Shown here: positions 14,690 through 31,087 of the stretch, in pieces
Position numbering within the stretch: the stretch's first letter is position 1
Layout of the letters: each line of letters starts with the position of its first letter
Source: the human T2T-CHM13v2.0 reference genome, Homo sapiens
Assembly: GCF_009914755.1 (NCBI RefSeq)
Contig: NC_060925.1
Direction: 5' to 3' (one strand)
Length of the DNA stretch: 64,000 bases
Program-made: the position numbers and the translations under genes
The notes under the pieces: generated by a model
Databases searched by the model: none
Seen by the model: only the letters and a program-made list of their open reading frames with translations
What the model was told of the DNA's origin: nothing

Positions 14690-15016
14690 GGCGGCTACCA
14701 GAGGCAGGAAGGGAGACAGGGAAGAGGGGGAATAAAAAGAGGCTGATGAATGGGTGCAAAAATACAGGTAGGTAGAAGGAATACGATCTAGTGTTTGATA
14801 GCTCTGGAGGGTGACTGTAATTAATTGCGTATTTCAAAATACCTAGAGGAGAAGAATGGGAATGTTCCTGGCATAAAGAAAAATGTTTGAGATGATGAAT
14901 ATTTCTCCCTATTACCCTGATTTGATCATTACACATTATATGAATGTAATGAAATATCACATGCACCCTCAAAATATGAACTATTATGTATCAATCAAAA
15001 TACATAAGTAAATAAA
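14690..15016 (+). mobile_element. L1MA 3' end
   Basis: TTACCCTGATTTGATCATTACACATTATATG...TATGTATCAATCAAAA. Confidence 0.8.
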
Positions 15017-16689
15017 TTGAGGAAAAAGCTCTTAAACAGACAAGCTTTCCCTCCCATTCTTCCTGAATAAAATGTAATGGCTGTAGGTTTAACAAAACCT
15101 CCATGATGGTCCCCATGATATGGCCATGGGTGAGTAAGGCTCAGCCCGTGATGGGAACCACAAGGCAAGAAGCAAATGAGGTGGGTTTCCACATGGGTCA
15201 GTGGGAAACCCCAAAGCATCAGGGATTATTTGAAGTCTTAACACTGACAATGTGATGTTTGGAGTAGGGAAGATTATAAAAGTCTTGCTGTAAAATGCTT
15301 TGAAAATATAAAATTATATACTAATGATGTACTGGCATTCCCAGCCACCCATCTCTCTGGGCGATGATGTTCAGACCTTGATGAAGAACCCACTTGTGGT
15401 TTTATGGTCTTGGACCACATTTTTCTTTTGGACATTAGTTCCTTGACCAATTCAGATCACATCTGTTTTCTAAGTATGTAAGGAATGAGCTAGATGAAAC
15501 AGACATGGAGTCTGGACTTTCATCTGAAAAGTAACTGCGTTTTTGTCGGCCCTTTATATCAAGCATCCTCTTTAGTGCCTGCATTTACCTTTTGTTGTCA
15601 TCTACAGGGTCTAGTGCCAGTGTGGCTAGGAGGGAGACTCAGCCTCGGACCCCAAAGGGAAGGAGAGCCAGTGGGGGACTCCCATCGAAGGACAAAGACA
15701 ATGTCATGATGGCGGCTGAGTGGCCAGGCTAGATTCCACTTGGCTGGACTTCCTGAAACTTGAAGTCTTCTCTTTGATCTCCCCAAAGCCATTACCAGTT
15801 ACATATAGTGAAGACGAGTTAGGTCACTTAAAGAAAGAACTGGTTTGGGGACAGGAGTAAAGGGAAAAAGGGAGGAGGATGTTTTCATCTCTGCCAGGCT
15901 AGGGAATTAGAGGAGTGATGGGCAGGAGGAAGACGGCCACTGCTGGGGAGAGACTTAAAGAGATTTTGAGCAGCTCTAAGAGGGTGGTGCTCTTAGCTAC
16001 TTGAAAAGACAGAAGTTTTGACCTTGATTCCATGGTGAGAAGTGAATCTGAAAAGGAATGTATGTGGTGGGTCCCTCTGAGTCCCTGGGTGACTGCAGCC
16101 CCAGTCAGGAGCACCAGAAGCAACAGGTCTCCAGGAAGGGATGCGAGCTCTAGAGAGGCATGAACCACTCCGCACAGAGACATGGTAGACTCAGAAATGT
16201 GTCAGGAAATGTGGAAAGGTCTATTTGGAGACTGAGGCAGGGTCTACAATGTCATCAGTGCTTAACATGGAGCAGTTGTCTGAAAGGCTGGGTAGAGGGA
16301 TCCAAAGAAGGACTAGGGCAAGGGAGCAGAGGATGGAGGGGCAGAAGGCCGGGCGAGGGGGTGCCCTGGGATGCTGGAGGCCAGCATGCACCTTCCTCAG
16401 CACAGAGGAAATAGCCACTTCTAAGACAGGTGAAAAGGAATAGTATCTCAGGAAGGGAACCCCTCATGCCTCCTCCCTTCCATTAATAGGCAACACCCTG
16501 TGGCCTGTTAAGCAGAAAGTATTGCTGGGAGAACTCCCAGGTTGGAGAAGTTGGGTTGTAGGGATCAGGCCAGTCACAGCTGAGATGATCATCCATGATC
16601 AAGACCAATCTGCACTGGAGGCCAGGACAAGCTACAGCAAAGCCTCCACAGCTGGGTCTCTAGAATGTTTAGTTTTATTTTGGCTACTG

Positions 16690-17500
16690 TTACTGGATAA
16701 TGTCAGCTGGATATAGATTTCTAAGTTGAGTTATTTTCTCTCAACATTTTGGAAAGGATGTTCCTCTGTTTCTGGTTCCTGCTGTTGCTGTTGGTCTTTG
16801 ATTTTGGGGTCATTTCTCTGTAGGTGATCTCTCTTTTCTATGGATTTGCTTTGAAAGTCTTTGTCCTGGAAGCTCTGTAGTTTCACTACAGTGTAGCTAG
16901 GGGTAGGTCTAATTTTATTTATCCTATCTGGGGTTTGTGCTTCTCAGATCTGAGGATTTGCATCTCAGATGCAAATCATGTAACTCATGTTCAGCTACTT
17001 ATTTCTTTGAACACTGATTCCCATTCTTTCTATCCCTCCTTTAGAAATTCCTTTGTGACTTGTGTTAGACTTCTCAATTTGAACTCTTTTTCATATTTTC
17101 CATCTTTGTCTCTCTGTTGCATTCTGGATAATGACTTTAAAAACTATCTTCTGGTTCATTAATTTTCTTTCTAGCTGTGTCTAATCTTCAGCTGAACTCA
17201 GGCAATTCATTTTTCATTGAATGTCTTTTTTTAACCTCTAGAAGTTCTCATTGAATAGTTTTCAAATCTCCCAGGTATTATTTTTTAAGATAATCTTTGT
17301 CTCTCTTGCTCTTGATCATATGTTTTATTTATTTAATCATTTAAAATTAATACTTATCTGATAAAGGAATTTTATAATCCAATTCTGGCACTCCTGAGTA
17401 CATTTCTTCTGCTTTTCTGTTGACTCATGTCTAAGATAGCTTATTACCTCATGCACTTTGCAAGATTGGATTTTGAGCTTATTCTAGGAATTTTATCTGT
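16690..17500 (-). mobile_element. old L1M fragment (ORF1 region)
   Basis: T-rich degenerate antisense L1 (GCTGGATATAGATTTCTAAGTTGA, CTAGCTGTGTCTAATCT). Confidence 0.55.
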
Positions 17501-17963
17501 GAGATATTATTACCGTAGGTAATGTTAATTTCCAGGCTGGATATTTCCGTACATTCCCTGGTAGTATAAATTTGAACCCCAACTCATATGAGGGTAAGCT
17601 TGAAGTAATGAGGTATTAAGGGAGATCACTCTCAACCCCTCTCAATCCAGGACTCAGACTGAGACAGACAAGCTTTCTTACCTCCCCGTGCCTGTGTTCA
17701 GGACCCACATCCAAGTCTCATCTTCCCTGATGACGAGCCCTCTAAGATAGCTGGTGTGTGAATATGTGTGTGGAAAGTATTGTAGTTCTAATTCCTCTAT
17801 CCCAGCATAACCTAAAACCTTGCCATCTATCCCATGTGGCTAATAAAACTCTAGCATTCATTTTACAAGATAAGCAATTGCCTCCGAACAGCCAAAATCT
17901 TAGTGTGTGCTATCACTCTGGTTTTCAGTTTTGTAATTTTTTTTTGTTAGTTTGTTTTGTGGA

Positions 17964-18382
17964 TGTATTAATTTCCTATAGCCATTATAACAAATTACCA
18001 CAACCTCGGTGACTTAAAACGACAGAAACATATTATCTCATTGTTCCGCAGGCCAGAAATCCAAAATCAGTATCTCTGGACTGAAATCAAGGTCTCAAAA
18101 GACCTGAGTTCCTTCTGGGAGCGCCAATCTCTCTCCATGGTTACCCAGCTCCTCCTTCTCATCTGTGTATGTGATCTCCCTCTGACTCTCTCTTCTAAGG
18201 ACGCTTGTGATGGCAATTAGAGCCCACTCGGATAATCCAGGATAATCTCCCCATTACTAGATTCTTAGCTTCAATCACATCATTTGAAAAAAGAGACCCT
18301 TGTCCCAAATAACATAACATTTACAAGTTCCAGGGATTAGGATGTAAATGTCTTTTGCAGGGGGCATTTTCAGCCCACTACA
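17964..18382 (-). mobile_element. MLT1B/C MaLR solo LTR
   Basis: TGTATTAATTTCCTATAGCC...GGATAATCCAGGATAATCTCCCCAT...CAGCCCACTACA. Confidence 0.8.
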
Positions 18383-21300
18383 GTACATTTCTGTTACTTT
18401 AAGAGTTCAGTTTTGTATTTCTAAGGATGCCTATTGTATTTTCAAATGTTTTATAGACTTTCCCCTGAGTCTACCATACTAACTCCCTGAAAAAGAAATA
18501 GAGCAAACAACCTCCAGGCTGGAGGGAGAAATACAGAGCCTCCTGGGGGCGGGCTTCGTTTTCGGAGAGGCAGGAGTTGGAGATGTTGAGGCGTAGGTGC
18601 TTATAGGTGTGAGGAAATGATGCTTCTAAAACCCTGTGGGGCAGAAAGGCTGTACTACTGCTGAGAAGATGCTGCTGCCTGGGCTGGACCGGCCCAGGTT
18701 TCCAGTCTGCCTCTTCCCGTTCTTCTGGCCTAACTTTGTCTCTTGGCTTCCATATATGTGTGATCGACCTTGGTTTACTGCTCTCCTTTGACCTTTAATG
18801 TCTTCCATTCTGACAGCCAGAACTGACCTTAAGTCTGTTTCTTATTATCCCCTTTGCCTCAGACACTGGACAAGACATTCACCTGGGACTGTCTCAGGGA
18901 CTCACTCTGTGCCAACTGGGTGTGGCCAAAACCAGAGCAGGGCCAGGACCAGAAATGACCATTATTACACAGCATGCTATGCTGCAGATGCCACCATGGG
19001 AGAGAGACGAATGCATTCCTGAAAATTCCATTCTGGGGCACATCTTCATTCCTAGCGACAGTCAGGCAAACAGACCAAGAGACTGTGTCATGCTTGTTGG
19101 GATTCTTCGGGAAGTAAGGCTTCCCGCCTGTGCAAAGGCCATTGCAAAGTGAAATACCCAGTGTCTCCAGGTAATGCGTGGAGTGGTTATGGTGGGCTTC
19201 TTGTTCTATTAGCTCAGAGAAAAGAAATATCTATGTGGGTGATTTTTGTTCCTGCCTCTTTTGATGTGGTGTCTCTGTCTTCAGTTAATGTGAATGGCTA
19301 AAACCTTGATGAAAAGTGTTTTTGCAGCTGGATTTCCCCTGAGAAGGTATCTCCACCATGCAATAGAATCTTCCAGCACCACAGGGCACCCCCTCCAGGA
19401 CTAGAGTCCCACTGAAGGCTGGAAACACATTTTGTGCCTCTCAAGCCAGTATTAGGGATCAGTTGGCGAATGTCTCCCTATAGTGAGGTGGAGTGGCCCC
19501 TGGGGACTGTGCCAGGATGCTTGGCAGGGTGGGAGCTAGGACCTAAATTCAGTTTAATAGCAGGAAGTGGTAGAGAAGACCCCAGCCCCGGGGTATGGGC
19601 CCAGGCCTGGCAGAATGAGTGACAGGATTTAAGGCAAGGCCTTTGAGGGGTGTGTATGAGGCTGTGTGTGTGTGTGTTGGGTGGGTGGGGATGGGGGTTC
19701 TTGGAATGAACTAGGCTGGCATTATCTGGTCTCTGTTACTCTCAGGTCCAAGCTCTCTTATCCAGGAGGAAATTCTAAAGGTAACCCAGTCCCTGGAGCC
19801 ACTGATGTTATCTCCTGGTCCAATAGCCCTTCCACAAACAACCCAAATGTATGCTATGTGTACCCAGTTTCAAAATATTTTCTGGGAAACATAAGGCTGA
19901 ATTAGTCTGGCAACCTTCAGACTGGCTTCTCATGAAAGCTCAGTCTCCCCATGAGACATTTTTGGATGGGTTTGGGAGTAACTTCTCCCACCGCAACATT
20001 TTTTTTGGCTTGGATGATACTTCTTGTGCCCCTGTTGGGTGAGGTTATAAGACTGTGTAGTTCGTAGAGAAAAAGAGAATGTGCTTGTCCTAAACAAGAG
20101 CTGATTCTCTGAGAATTATTGGGGTCTGAAGACAGCAATACTGGTGCACAAATTTATAATATGATTAGCAGTGGTAGCAGGAGATGGAATAGATGACAAG
20201 GCAAAGAGAACATTTGCTGTCAGCTGGCCTGCAGGAACTTAATAATTTAAAGAAAGTGCCAGCCACATTGTGGCAGTCCATTTTTCTACTTGAAACAGAA
20301 TTCCTGGACTTTGTTTCATACTGAAGACGTGGTTTATTTTTAGTTACATCAGAAAGCCTGTAGCTGGGGTTATTCAGAAAGCTGGACTGCCCATGAGAAA
20401 CAGGCAGCATCAACACATTGTCTTGTGGTTTAGAAAGACTCTCTTGCCTGCTCTAGCATGAAGGACCAGCCACTTGCCTTTGAGGGTAATGAGAGAGGTC
20501 ATGAGAAAGCTAGGGGGTTTCAAAGCAGTCCACGCCTTCTTGCACAAAGCTATTGCTATAGGCTGAAGCTTGGCTCTTTGGCCTTGACGGCTCTTTGGTC
20601 AAGAAAGCTCCAGCCGAAATAGCTAATTCCCCTGGGTCCTAAGTGTTCATTAAAAATCCAGTTTGTCAGGTGGTACCACCCTGGTTGTCCCCAATTTAAA
20701 CAAAAGTTCCTTTGTGGACACTGGCAGTTGGAAACGGAAACTTGGAGCCGTGTCGAAGCCAGATGGCAGCCAGCAGAGACTTTATAGCTTTTCTTGGGAA
20801 GGCATTGATCACTGATAAACGAACTGGGCATTGCAGAAGAACCCTTTGCCATTATCTTGTCCCTTGGTAAACTAAAGCATGGTGGGGCCTGTACTTCCCT
20901 TTCAAGGGTCATAAACTTCTCAAGTGGTGGAACAGGCCCGAGCTAGGATGCTGAGCTGCAAAAATTGTTGTGTGTGCAGAAATCCACGGTGACAAGACCT
21001 GTGTTCACCCCAAGTAGCATCATGGCAGAGCTGTTAAGGACTTTCGTGAGCTGGAGAACATAAAATAAACACATGTTTTATGAGACCAAAGAGAGTAAGT
21101 ACGAGGCTACTCCTTGGGCTGCCTTTTGTTTTCGCAAAGCAGCAGAGCTCGCAGGTTTGCCTCTTCTCCTCTCTTCTTGGTACACGCAGGTGGGTGAAGT
21201 CCACCAAGTCAGGGAAAGTCGGTAGGTGCTTTCTTATCCCTACAAGAGGAGAAGATGGGCATTGGCAGGGGGCATTTAGGTATAAACATTTCTTATGGAA

Positions 21301-22197
21301 GTACAAGGTTATTGATAATCTTAGTGTCCAGCCTTGAATTATGGGATTGGTGGACACACCAGTTAATTTCACTGGTTCTTAAGTACCAACAATAGCAACA
21401 ATGTATCTGCAAGCTCAGAGTTCAGATAACATCGGGGGTGATTTCAATTAGGAGATAAGACAGCGTGAGTCTTTCTCCTTCCTGGGATGCCTGACAATAA
21501 AAGAAAAAGTCTGTAAACCTACGAAAGGCTGTGTTTTTTCAGGGGCAAGAGGGTGAGGAGGGAGGTATTGATTTCTCTCTCTTAGGTAGTGAGGAGGAGA
21601 GCTCCCGTCTAGCATTGGAAGGTGGGGGAGGTTGTGAATAAGGGGGAATCTGCCTGGATATGTTCTATCTCAGCCAGGGTTTCCCCCACAAAATGGTCTT
21701 CTTGCACCCTGCTTTGCCACCCACCTGTTCCTACACCCACATTTTCTTCAGAGAATTGCAAATCAATACTGAATATTGATTTGGGCTTATTTATTAATAA
21801 GCTTGGTCTTATTTAGGATAAAATAAAATAAGACCTTTCTTGGCTGCTTCTTATGATGAAGGCCTGGTTTAAAAATGTAGCAAGACGAATTAAGCATTTA
21901 TGAGGGCAGAGTCCTCCTTCTGCTAGCCTTATGGAAAGATTTGGTCTGAGTTGAACCCTGAGAATAAGGTGGGTAATCTGTAGCGGTGGAAATGTAGAAG
22001 GGAGACCAGAGGCAGCTCTAGCCCCTCTTCTTGGCTGGCTTCAGGGAATCCGCTTCAAATGTTGAGGCTCATGGAGGCCTCGTTTAAACCCAGATGATGG
22101 TGGTCAATCTCACTCCTGAGTGGAGAAGGCTGATTAGGAAGGGCCCAGATGCCACTCCCAATAGCTGGCATTTGGACTGGATACTTTCAGTGGGGTC

Positions 22198-22917
<720 letters not shown>

Positions 22918-22975
22918 GGGCCTAACTCCCACCCAATTTCCAGGTGCTTTCCCATAATAAGAAGAGATATGTAGG

Positions 22976-23699
<724 letters not shown>

Positions 23700-24777
23700 G
23701 GAGAAACTATTATAATCCATCATGGTTGAGTCAGAAGAAATGAGATTCTCCTGTTTTCTGATGCTGAAGGAAGACATCACGTCCTTTGAGGTCTATATAA
23801 ATTGTCCCACTTTGAAAATTTTCATTTTGAAACCTGCCTCACAACATACATCACCTGGGAGGCCAGACAGAAGCATTTTGAGTTTGCTGTATAATATCAT
23901 TTAATGTATTAAATCCTTAGTCCTTAAATAAAAAATGTTATAAGGCATGATGCAGCTTGGCAGAAAGGGAAGATGTGATTGATAAGGACAGTTATCTGCT
24001 GGAAGTTGGGGTTGGGTTTGGGCCCCCAGAAGTCCCTTCTAGGTGGTTCTAAGAAGTGAAGGATGTGGGTTTGGTGTCAGATTTGCATTCTGGCTGTGCT
24101 TGGCTATTTATTGATGTGTTATTTTGGACAAGTTTCTTTTTCCCCATTACTATTGTTTTAAATCTCTCTGAACCACGGCTTTTTATGTGAAGTGGAGATG
24201 GCAAGCCTCTAATGTAGGCACTATGAAGGTTATATTAAAATGCATGGAAAATGCTAGAGGACCATGTGCTTGGAGTAACACAAAGACCAGTGCTCACGAT
24301 CAAAGGCAGCTTCCCAGCCGAGCACTGGGCTGCCCTGGGCACCCCCTTTACCCAGCACACAGGTCAAATCTTATTATTGGTGAGCACCGTAGAGTGTTCA
24401 GGTCAGAAGAGAACCCCCGTCTTTCCTCCTGTGCCTAATGAGTCCGCGGCAGTTCCTTACTGAAACTGCTTTATCTGGCCTCTGCTGAGTTGGTGATTTG
24501 TCCAATCTACTTGTGGGCACACACTTCAGATAAAAGGCCACATGAAACCGTGTGCTGCTTGATGGGATCAATAAGTGCCATTGAAGATACTCCAGTCCAC
24601 TCAACTCCCAGGACCAGGGCTGGGCTTCTCTTCCTTCAAGGTCTAAAGGAAGAGGCTGAGACCAGGGCAACAGCTCATGTTGACACCCATTTAAAAAGTA
24701 GATCAGATGATAAAATTGATAAAGTGTTGACTGAGTTTCTATATCTGTAAAAATGAAATCCTACCTAATGCAAATTC

Positions 24778-25059
24778 TTTTTTTTTGAGACAGGGTCTCA
24801 CTCTGTTGCCCAAGCTGGAATGCAGTGACACAATCTTGGCTCACTGCAGCCTCTGCCTCCCAGGTTCAAGCGATTCTCCCACCTCAGCCTCCTGAGTAGC
24901 TGGGATTACAGGGGTGCACCACCACACCTGGCTAATTTTTTGCAGAGATGAGGTTTCACTATGTTGGCTAGGCTGGTCTCGAACTCCTGACCTCAGGTAT
25001 CTACCTACCTTGGCCTCCCAAAGTGCTGGGATTACAGGCATGAGCCACTGTGCCTGGCC
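24778..25059 (-). mobile_element. AluS
   Basis: Dimeric Alu with shortened linker; TSD CTAATGCAAA. Confidence 0.9.
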
Positions 25060-25893
25060 CTAATGCAAACTCTATAGTTCATGCAAGATTTACCTGCTGG
25101 CTGTGTAGCATAAATAAACCAAAGGAAAACCTGGGCGGGGACCAGGAGCTGCATCCTGCATGGCCCCTAAGAAGATTGGCTTAGATGAAATTGGAACTCT
25201 CCTTTATCATCTTGCTGGATCATGGGGCTGGGGTTGGGGGCACTGGACCCTCTCCTAATGTTAATATTGAACTGCAAGAGACACTTACTAAGCATCTACT
25301 GGTTTCCCCCAAGACAAGGTGTTCTAGGGCATACAGGAGAGACAGAAGCCTAGCCCTTGCCAGCTCAGATAGACAGACATCAGGAAGAAGTAGAGGATTT
25401 CAGCAAGTTAGAGAGAAACTAGAGGAATTGTTTTGGTATAAACTAGCAGAACGTTCTGTGTGGCCTCTATCTGGTCAAGCAGAGGAGACTTGTGGGAGGT
25501 GGTGGGTCTTGCAGTGGATCTTTCCAGATACTTTGCACTGTGGATTTGGTATTTTGGGGTAGGAATCTCAGGCTTCTAGGCCTGTGGTGGAGCTAGAGAT
25601 GGTCAGCGGCTGCTCCCCAGAGCTGCCTCTGCCAACATGAAAGGGCTTGGCTGGATGGTGGGAGAGTTTGGGGCCCTGTAAGGTCAGGGACTGATTGTGC
25701 AGCTCCATTCTTCCCAAGGGCTCCTTCTTCTCCAGCAAGGCAATTCTTACAGATTTGCAAATCTGGTTCTCTTCTGGCCTCAGGGGAGATAAAGCCATGT
25801 TATTGCATGGCCCTGCTTTCAGCTAGGATTTCTTAAACTTTTCCAATTCATTTAGGCCAAACAAGAAACCTTGGAGGGGGTGATCCTTTTTGA

Positions 25894-26230
25894 AGTGGTT
25901 TTCTAACTTCAGTGTTTCATAATTACTTGGAAGCTTGTTTAAAACACAGGCTCTCAGCCCCGCCCCAGAAATTCTGATTACTGGGTCTCACTGCAGGCCT
26001 GTTTATTCAACAAGGATCCCCAGAGTTCCTGCTTCAGGTGGTTTGAGAATCATTAAACTAGTGCAGTGGTTCTTGAACTGGGATCCTTGGACCAGCATCA
26101 CCTGGGAACTTGTTAGAAAGGCAGATTCTCAGGCCTCACCCAAGACCTGCTCAATCAGAGACTCTGGGGGTGAGGCCCGGTAATCCGAGTTTCAGCGCAT
26201 TCTGGCCTGGCTGAGGCTCGAGAACCAATG
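25894..26230. mobile_element. two adjacent MER5-family hAT MITEs
   Basis: CAGTGGTTCT.../...GAGAACCA TIRs; CATCACCTGGGAACTTGTTAGAAA. Confidence 0.7.
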
Positions 26231-26632
26231 TGCTAGGATTTGCAACAACTAAAGACGCGCCGAAGGAATTTCAAGCCCATAGGGATGGAGAACCAAATCC
26301 CAGTAGGAATAGTCAGGGTACTAAATTTGATTACCAATCTGGTGGCACCTGGTTTTGCTAAAAATGACAAGGAAAGCTACTCATGCCTAGAAATCTCACT
26401 ATTGCCCTCCTGCCGTGCCTCAGGCACATCACTCTGAACTAGGGATGCTATGTGAGCCTGGCAGTTCATTTAGCCCCCTGAGCATCAATTTCCTCAACTG
26501 TAACATGGGGATAATATTATTGTTGACCTCACAGTGTTAAAACTTGTATGAATTGCACAGAACAGTACCTGGCTCAGACGCGAGCTAATAGAGCTACTGA
26601 TATTTGCTAAAGCTCCTGCACAGGCAGCATCC

Positions 26633-27238
26633 TGGTGGGTGGGGTCTGTGCCTGTAATGGGATGTCACCGCCTCGATTAGGTTATGTTATACGGCCCTTA
26701 TATAGCGGTGATGTCCCTCCTGTGAGTACAGGGTATTCCATTACTCCTTCTTAGCTGACCATGGAGAGATTTTCCTGCTGGCTTTGAAAAAGCAAGAAGC
26801 CACACTGTGAGAGGGCCCGGTGGCAAAACCTTAGAGCCCTTAAGAATTATGCTAAATATGGCTGGGTGGAGTGGCTCACACCTGTAATCCCAGCACTTTG
26901 GAAGGCCAAATTGGGAGGATCACTTGGGCCTGAGGGAAGCTCCAGGAGCCCAGAGTGAACTTGAATGGCAGGTGGCTGCAATGGGAACCTCAGTGAGACA
27001 GCCGCAAGGAAATAAGTCTTGCCCACAGTCTGAGTGAGCTTGGAAGCAAATTCTTTCTTAGAACCTCCAGATGAGAATACATCCCAGCTGACACCTCTAT
27101 TGCAGCCTGAGACCCTGAGCAGGGGACCCAATTATACTGTGCCTGGATCCATGACCCTCGGAATGGAGACAATAGATAGTGTTTCCTTTGAGCTGCTAAG
27201 TTAGTGGTGATTTGTTACACAGTAATAGAAAACATACA
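26633..27238 (+). mobile_element. MLT1E-like MaLR LTR with a 106-bp foreign insert at 26825-26930
   Basis: GAGCTTGGAAGC...CCTCCAGATGAGA...GTAATAGAAAACATACA. Confidence 0.75.
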
Positions 27239-27241
27239 GAA

Positions 27242-27352
27242 ATCACATGTGTGTGTAAATGTACACACATGCATGTGTATACGTGCAGTTGTATATATGT
27301 GCAGATGTGTATACACATGCACACAGACACAAACACAGGCACACATGTATAC
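27242..27352. repeat. degenerate alternating purine-pyrimidine (TG/CA/TA) tract
   Basis: Directly visible. Confidence 0.7.
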
Positions 27353-27429
27353 GATCTGCCTTTCCCCAGCAGGGAGGGTTTTCTTATGGCGAAACCAAAA
27401 AAATCTTAGCAACCCTTTGGGTGGATGAC

Positions 27430-27666
27430 ACACTGCCTGGGGACCACGGGACTTTTAGGAACTCATAAAATTGTTTTAATTTCTTTTCAAAGAAGAAAAA
27501 AATGCACTTTGAAGCTGACAAAAATGTTTTAGTCTATAACATTAATATATTTGTCTTTATACCAACATAGTTGTAAGTATAATTTATAATATATTTTATG
27601 GAGGACCCGCAATAGCAAAAATGCTTGGGCACTTTGGGGCCCATGAACGTCATAATATGGCCCTGG
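27430..27666 (-). mobile_element. MER96B-like hAT element
   Basis: ATTAATATATTTGTCTTTATACCAAC...TTTTATGGAGG...GGCCCTG terminus. Confidence 0.65.
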
Positions 27667-28659
27667 CAGATGAAGAGGAGTCCTGCCCTCTCCATGCCAA
27701 TTTCCTCCTCCTTCTCTGTCCACCACCAGCCCTGGGGCTGTGTGCACCAAGGTTTCTCCTTCCACCTCAGCGCCCAGTTGCCCTCTGCTCCCACCCTAGG
27801 TTGGAACATCTCCTATCTGGTGACCATTCCAGATGAAGGAGGAAGCATGAGAGAGGACCCAGGTCATGAGGCCAAAGACCTTGCTATTCGCTTTTTAGCA
27901 CTAGAGAGAGAGAGAGGGGCTTGAGCCTGGACTCAGCTCCACCTCGTTCCACCTTCCTTATCTCTGAACACCTTCTGCATAGTCTGTGATACATTTCAGT
28001 GCTCACTCCTTGCTTTGATTAGGATTCTTTGGTTGTGAGCCACATAAACTAATTCTAGATGGAAAACAATTCAGATGGCATTAGGGAGATTTCAGAAAAT
28101 AGGAGAGGTGAAGATCCAGGCTTTGAAAAAGACTGGTGTTAGGGAAGCATTGGTGGAAGCTGTGGCAGGGGTTGGGGGCCGGGGAGTGGGGGTTCAGACC
28201 AAGCCCTAACCAGTAAGGTCTTTGAGCTTTCACCAGCAGGATGATCAGCCCCAGATGCCTTTGGTGCTTGCATCCTGCAGGCCAGATGTGGTTTTCCAGG
28301 AGTGAGGGTCCTCTTGGGTGAGGTGCAGTCATGGGCTCACCTACCCTGATGGGAGAGTTGGGACCCTGGATGGAAAATCCCACACCAGCCGCATATGAAG
28401 GGTGAGGGATATCTCCCCAGAGAAAAGAAAGAATGACATTCGCCTGAAAGAGGAAGGGATGGCATGCAGCAGGAGTCACCTCTGATTATGTTCTGTTTCT
28501 TATTTTCTGATTGTCTCATGAGTCTGTGTCCGAGACCCCTGCTGGGACTCTAAGCATCAGGAGAGAGGGGCTGTGTCTTAGCCTGCCTGGTATTTCTGAT
28601 ACTGCTTAGTATGGATGGTAGGTGCTCAAAGACTGCTCTATTAATGTTCATTTTCCCTA

Positions 28660-29170
28660 CCCATTCAGCATCCCTACGTGCCAGGTGCTACACATTTAGA
28701 AGTGGCCAGGACGGGGTCCCTGTGCTCTTGCTGCTCAGAAAATAGCAGAGAGAATTAGACATTCACCAAATCATACAAATGTATGTAAAATTACAACACA
28801 GAGCATGTTGTGAAGGGGTGGCAGAGCTGTAATCAGGATAGCTGAACTGCAGGGGGAGTTCAAGAGACCCTTCCTTCCTGAACTGATGGCTGAACTGAGA
28901 TCTGCAGGCGAGGAAGATCCACCTGGGGAGCCACTGAAAGGCCTTCTAGGCACAGGAAGCCTCCTGTGGCTGGAGGCAATGTGGCCTTGCTGGGGGAGCA
29001 GAATGGGGCCTCATGGTTGAGGTGAGTGGGCTCGGGGAGAATGGGGGAGAGGAGAGAGGAAGAGGCAGGGCTGCAACTCACAAGACTTTGTACACATGTG
29101 GAGGAGGCTGGCATGCTCCCTGGGTAACCATGGAAGGATTTTGAACAAAGGAGGAACTAGTCTTGATTTC
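28660..29170 (-). mobile_element. L2
   Basis: Antisense L2 3' pattern (CCCTACGTGCCAGGTGCT...GGAAGGATTTTGAACAAAGGAG). Confidence 0.6.
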
Positions 29171-29334
29171 TATTTGATTCGATTAGAAGAATTCTCTGTA
29201 TGCCAAGATAGCCAGGCTTCCATTCCCCTTGAAGTATGTGTTTGTGTGTGTGTGTGTGCACACGTGCATGCATGCACGCCCATGTGTGTAATACAAATTT
29301 CATTTGTTTAATGTAAAGTAGCTCCTACCATACG

Positions 29335-30990
<1,656 letters not shown>

Positions 30991-30995
<5 letters not shown>

Positions 30996-31087
30996 TTATT
31001 TTTTATTTTTTTTGAAACAGGGTCTCAGTCTGTGGCCCAGGCTGGAGCACAGTGGCATGATTGTAGCTCACTGTAGCTTTGGCCTCT
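30991..31087 (-). mobile_element. truncated AluJ/FRAM fragment
   Basis: GAAACAGGGTCTCAGTCTGTGGCCCAGGCTGG, ends abruptly. Confidence 0.75.
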
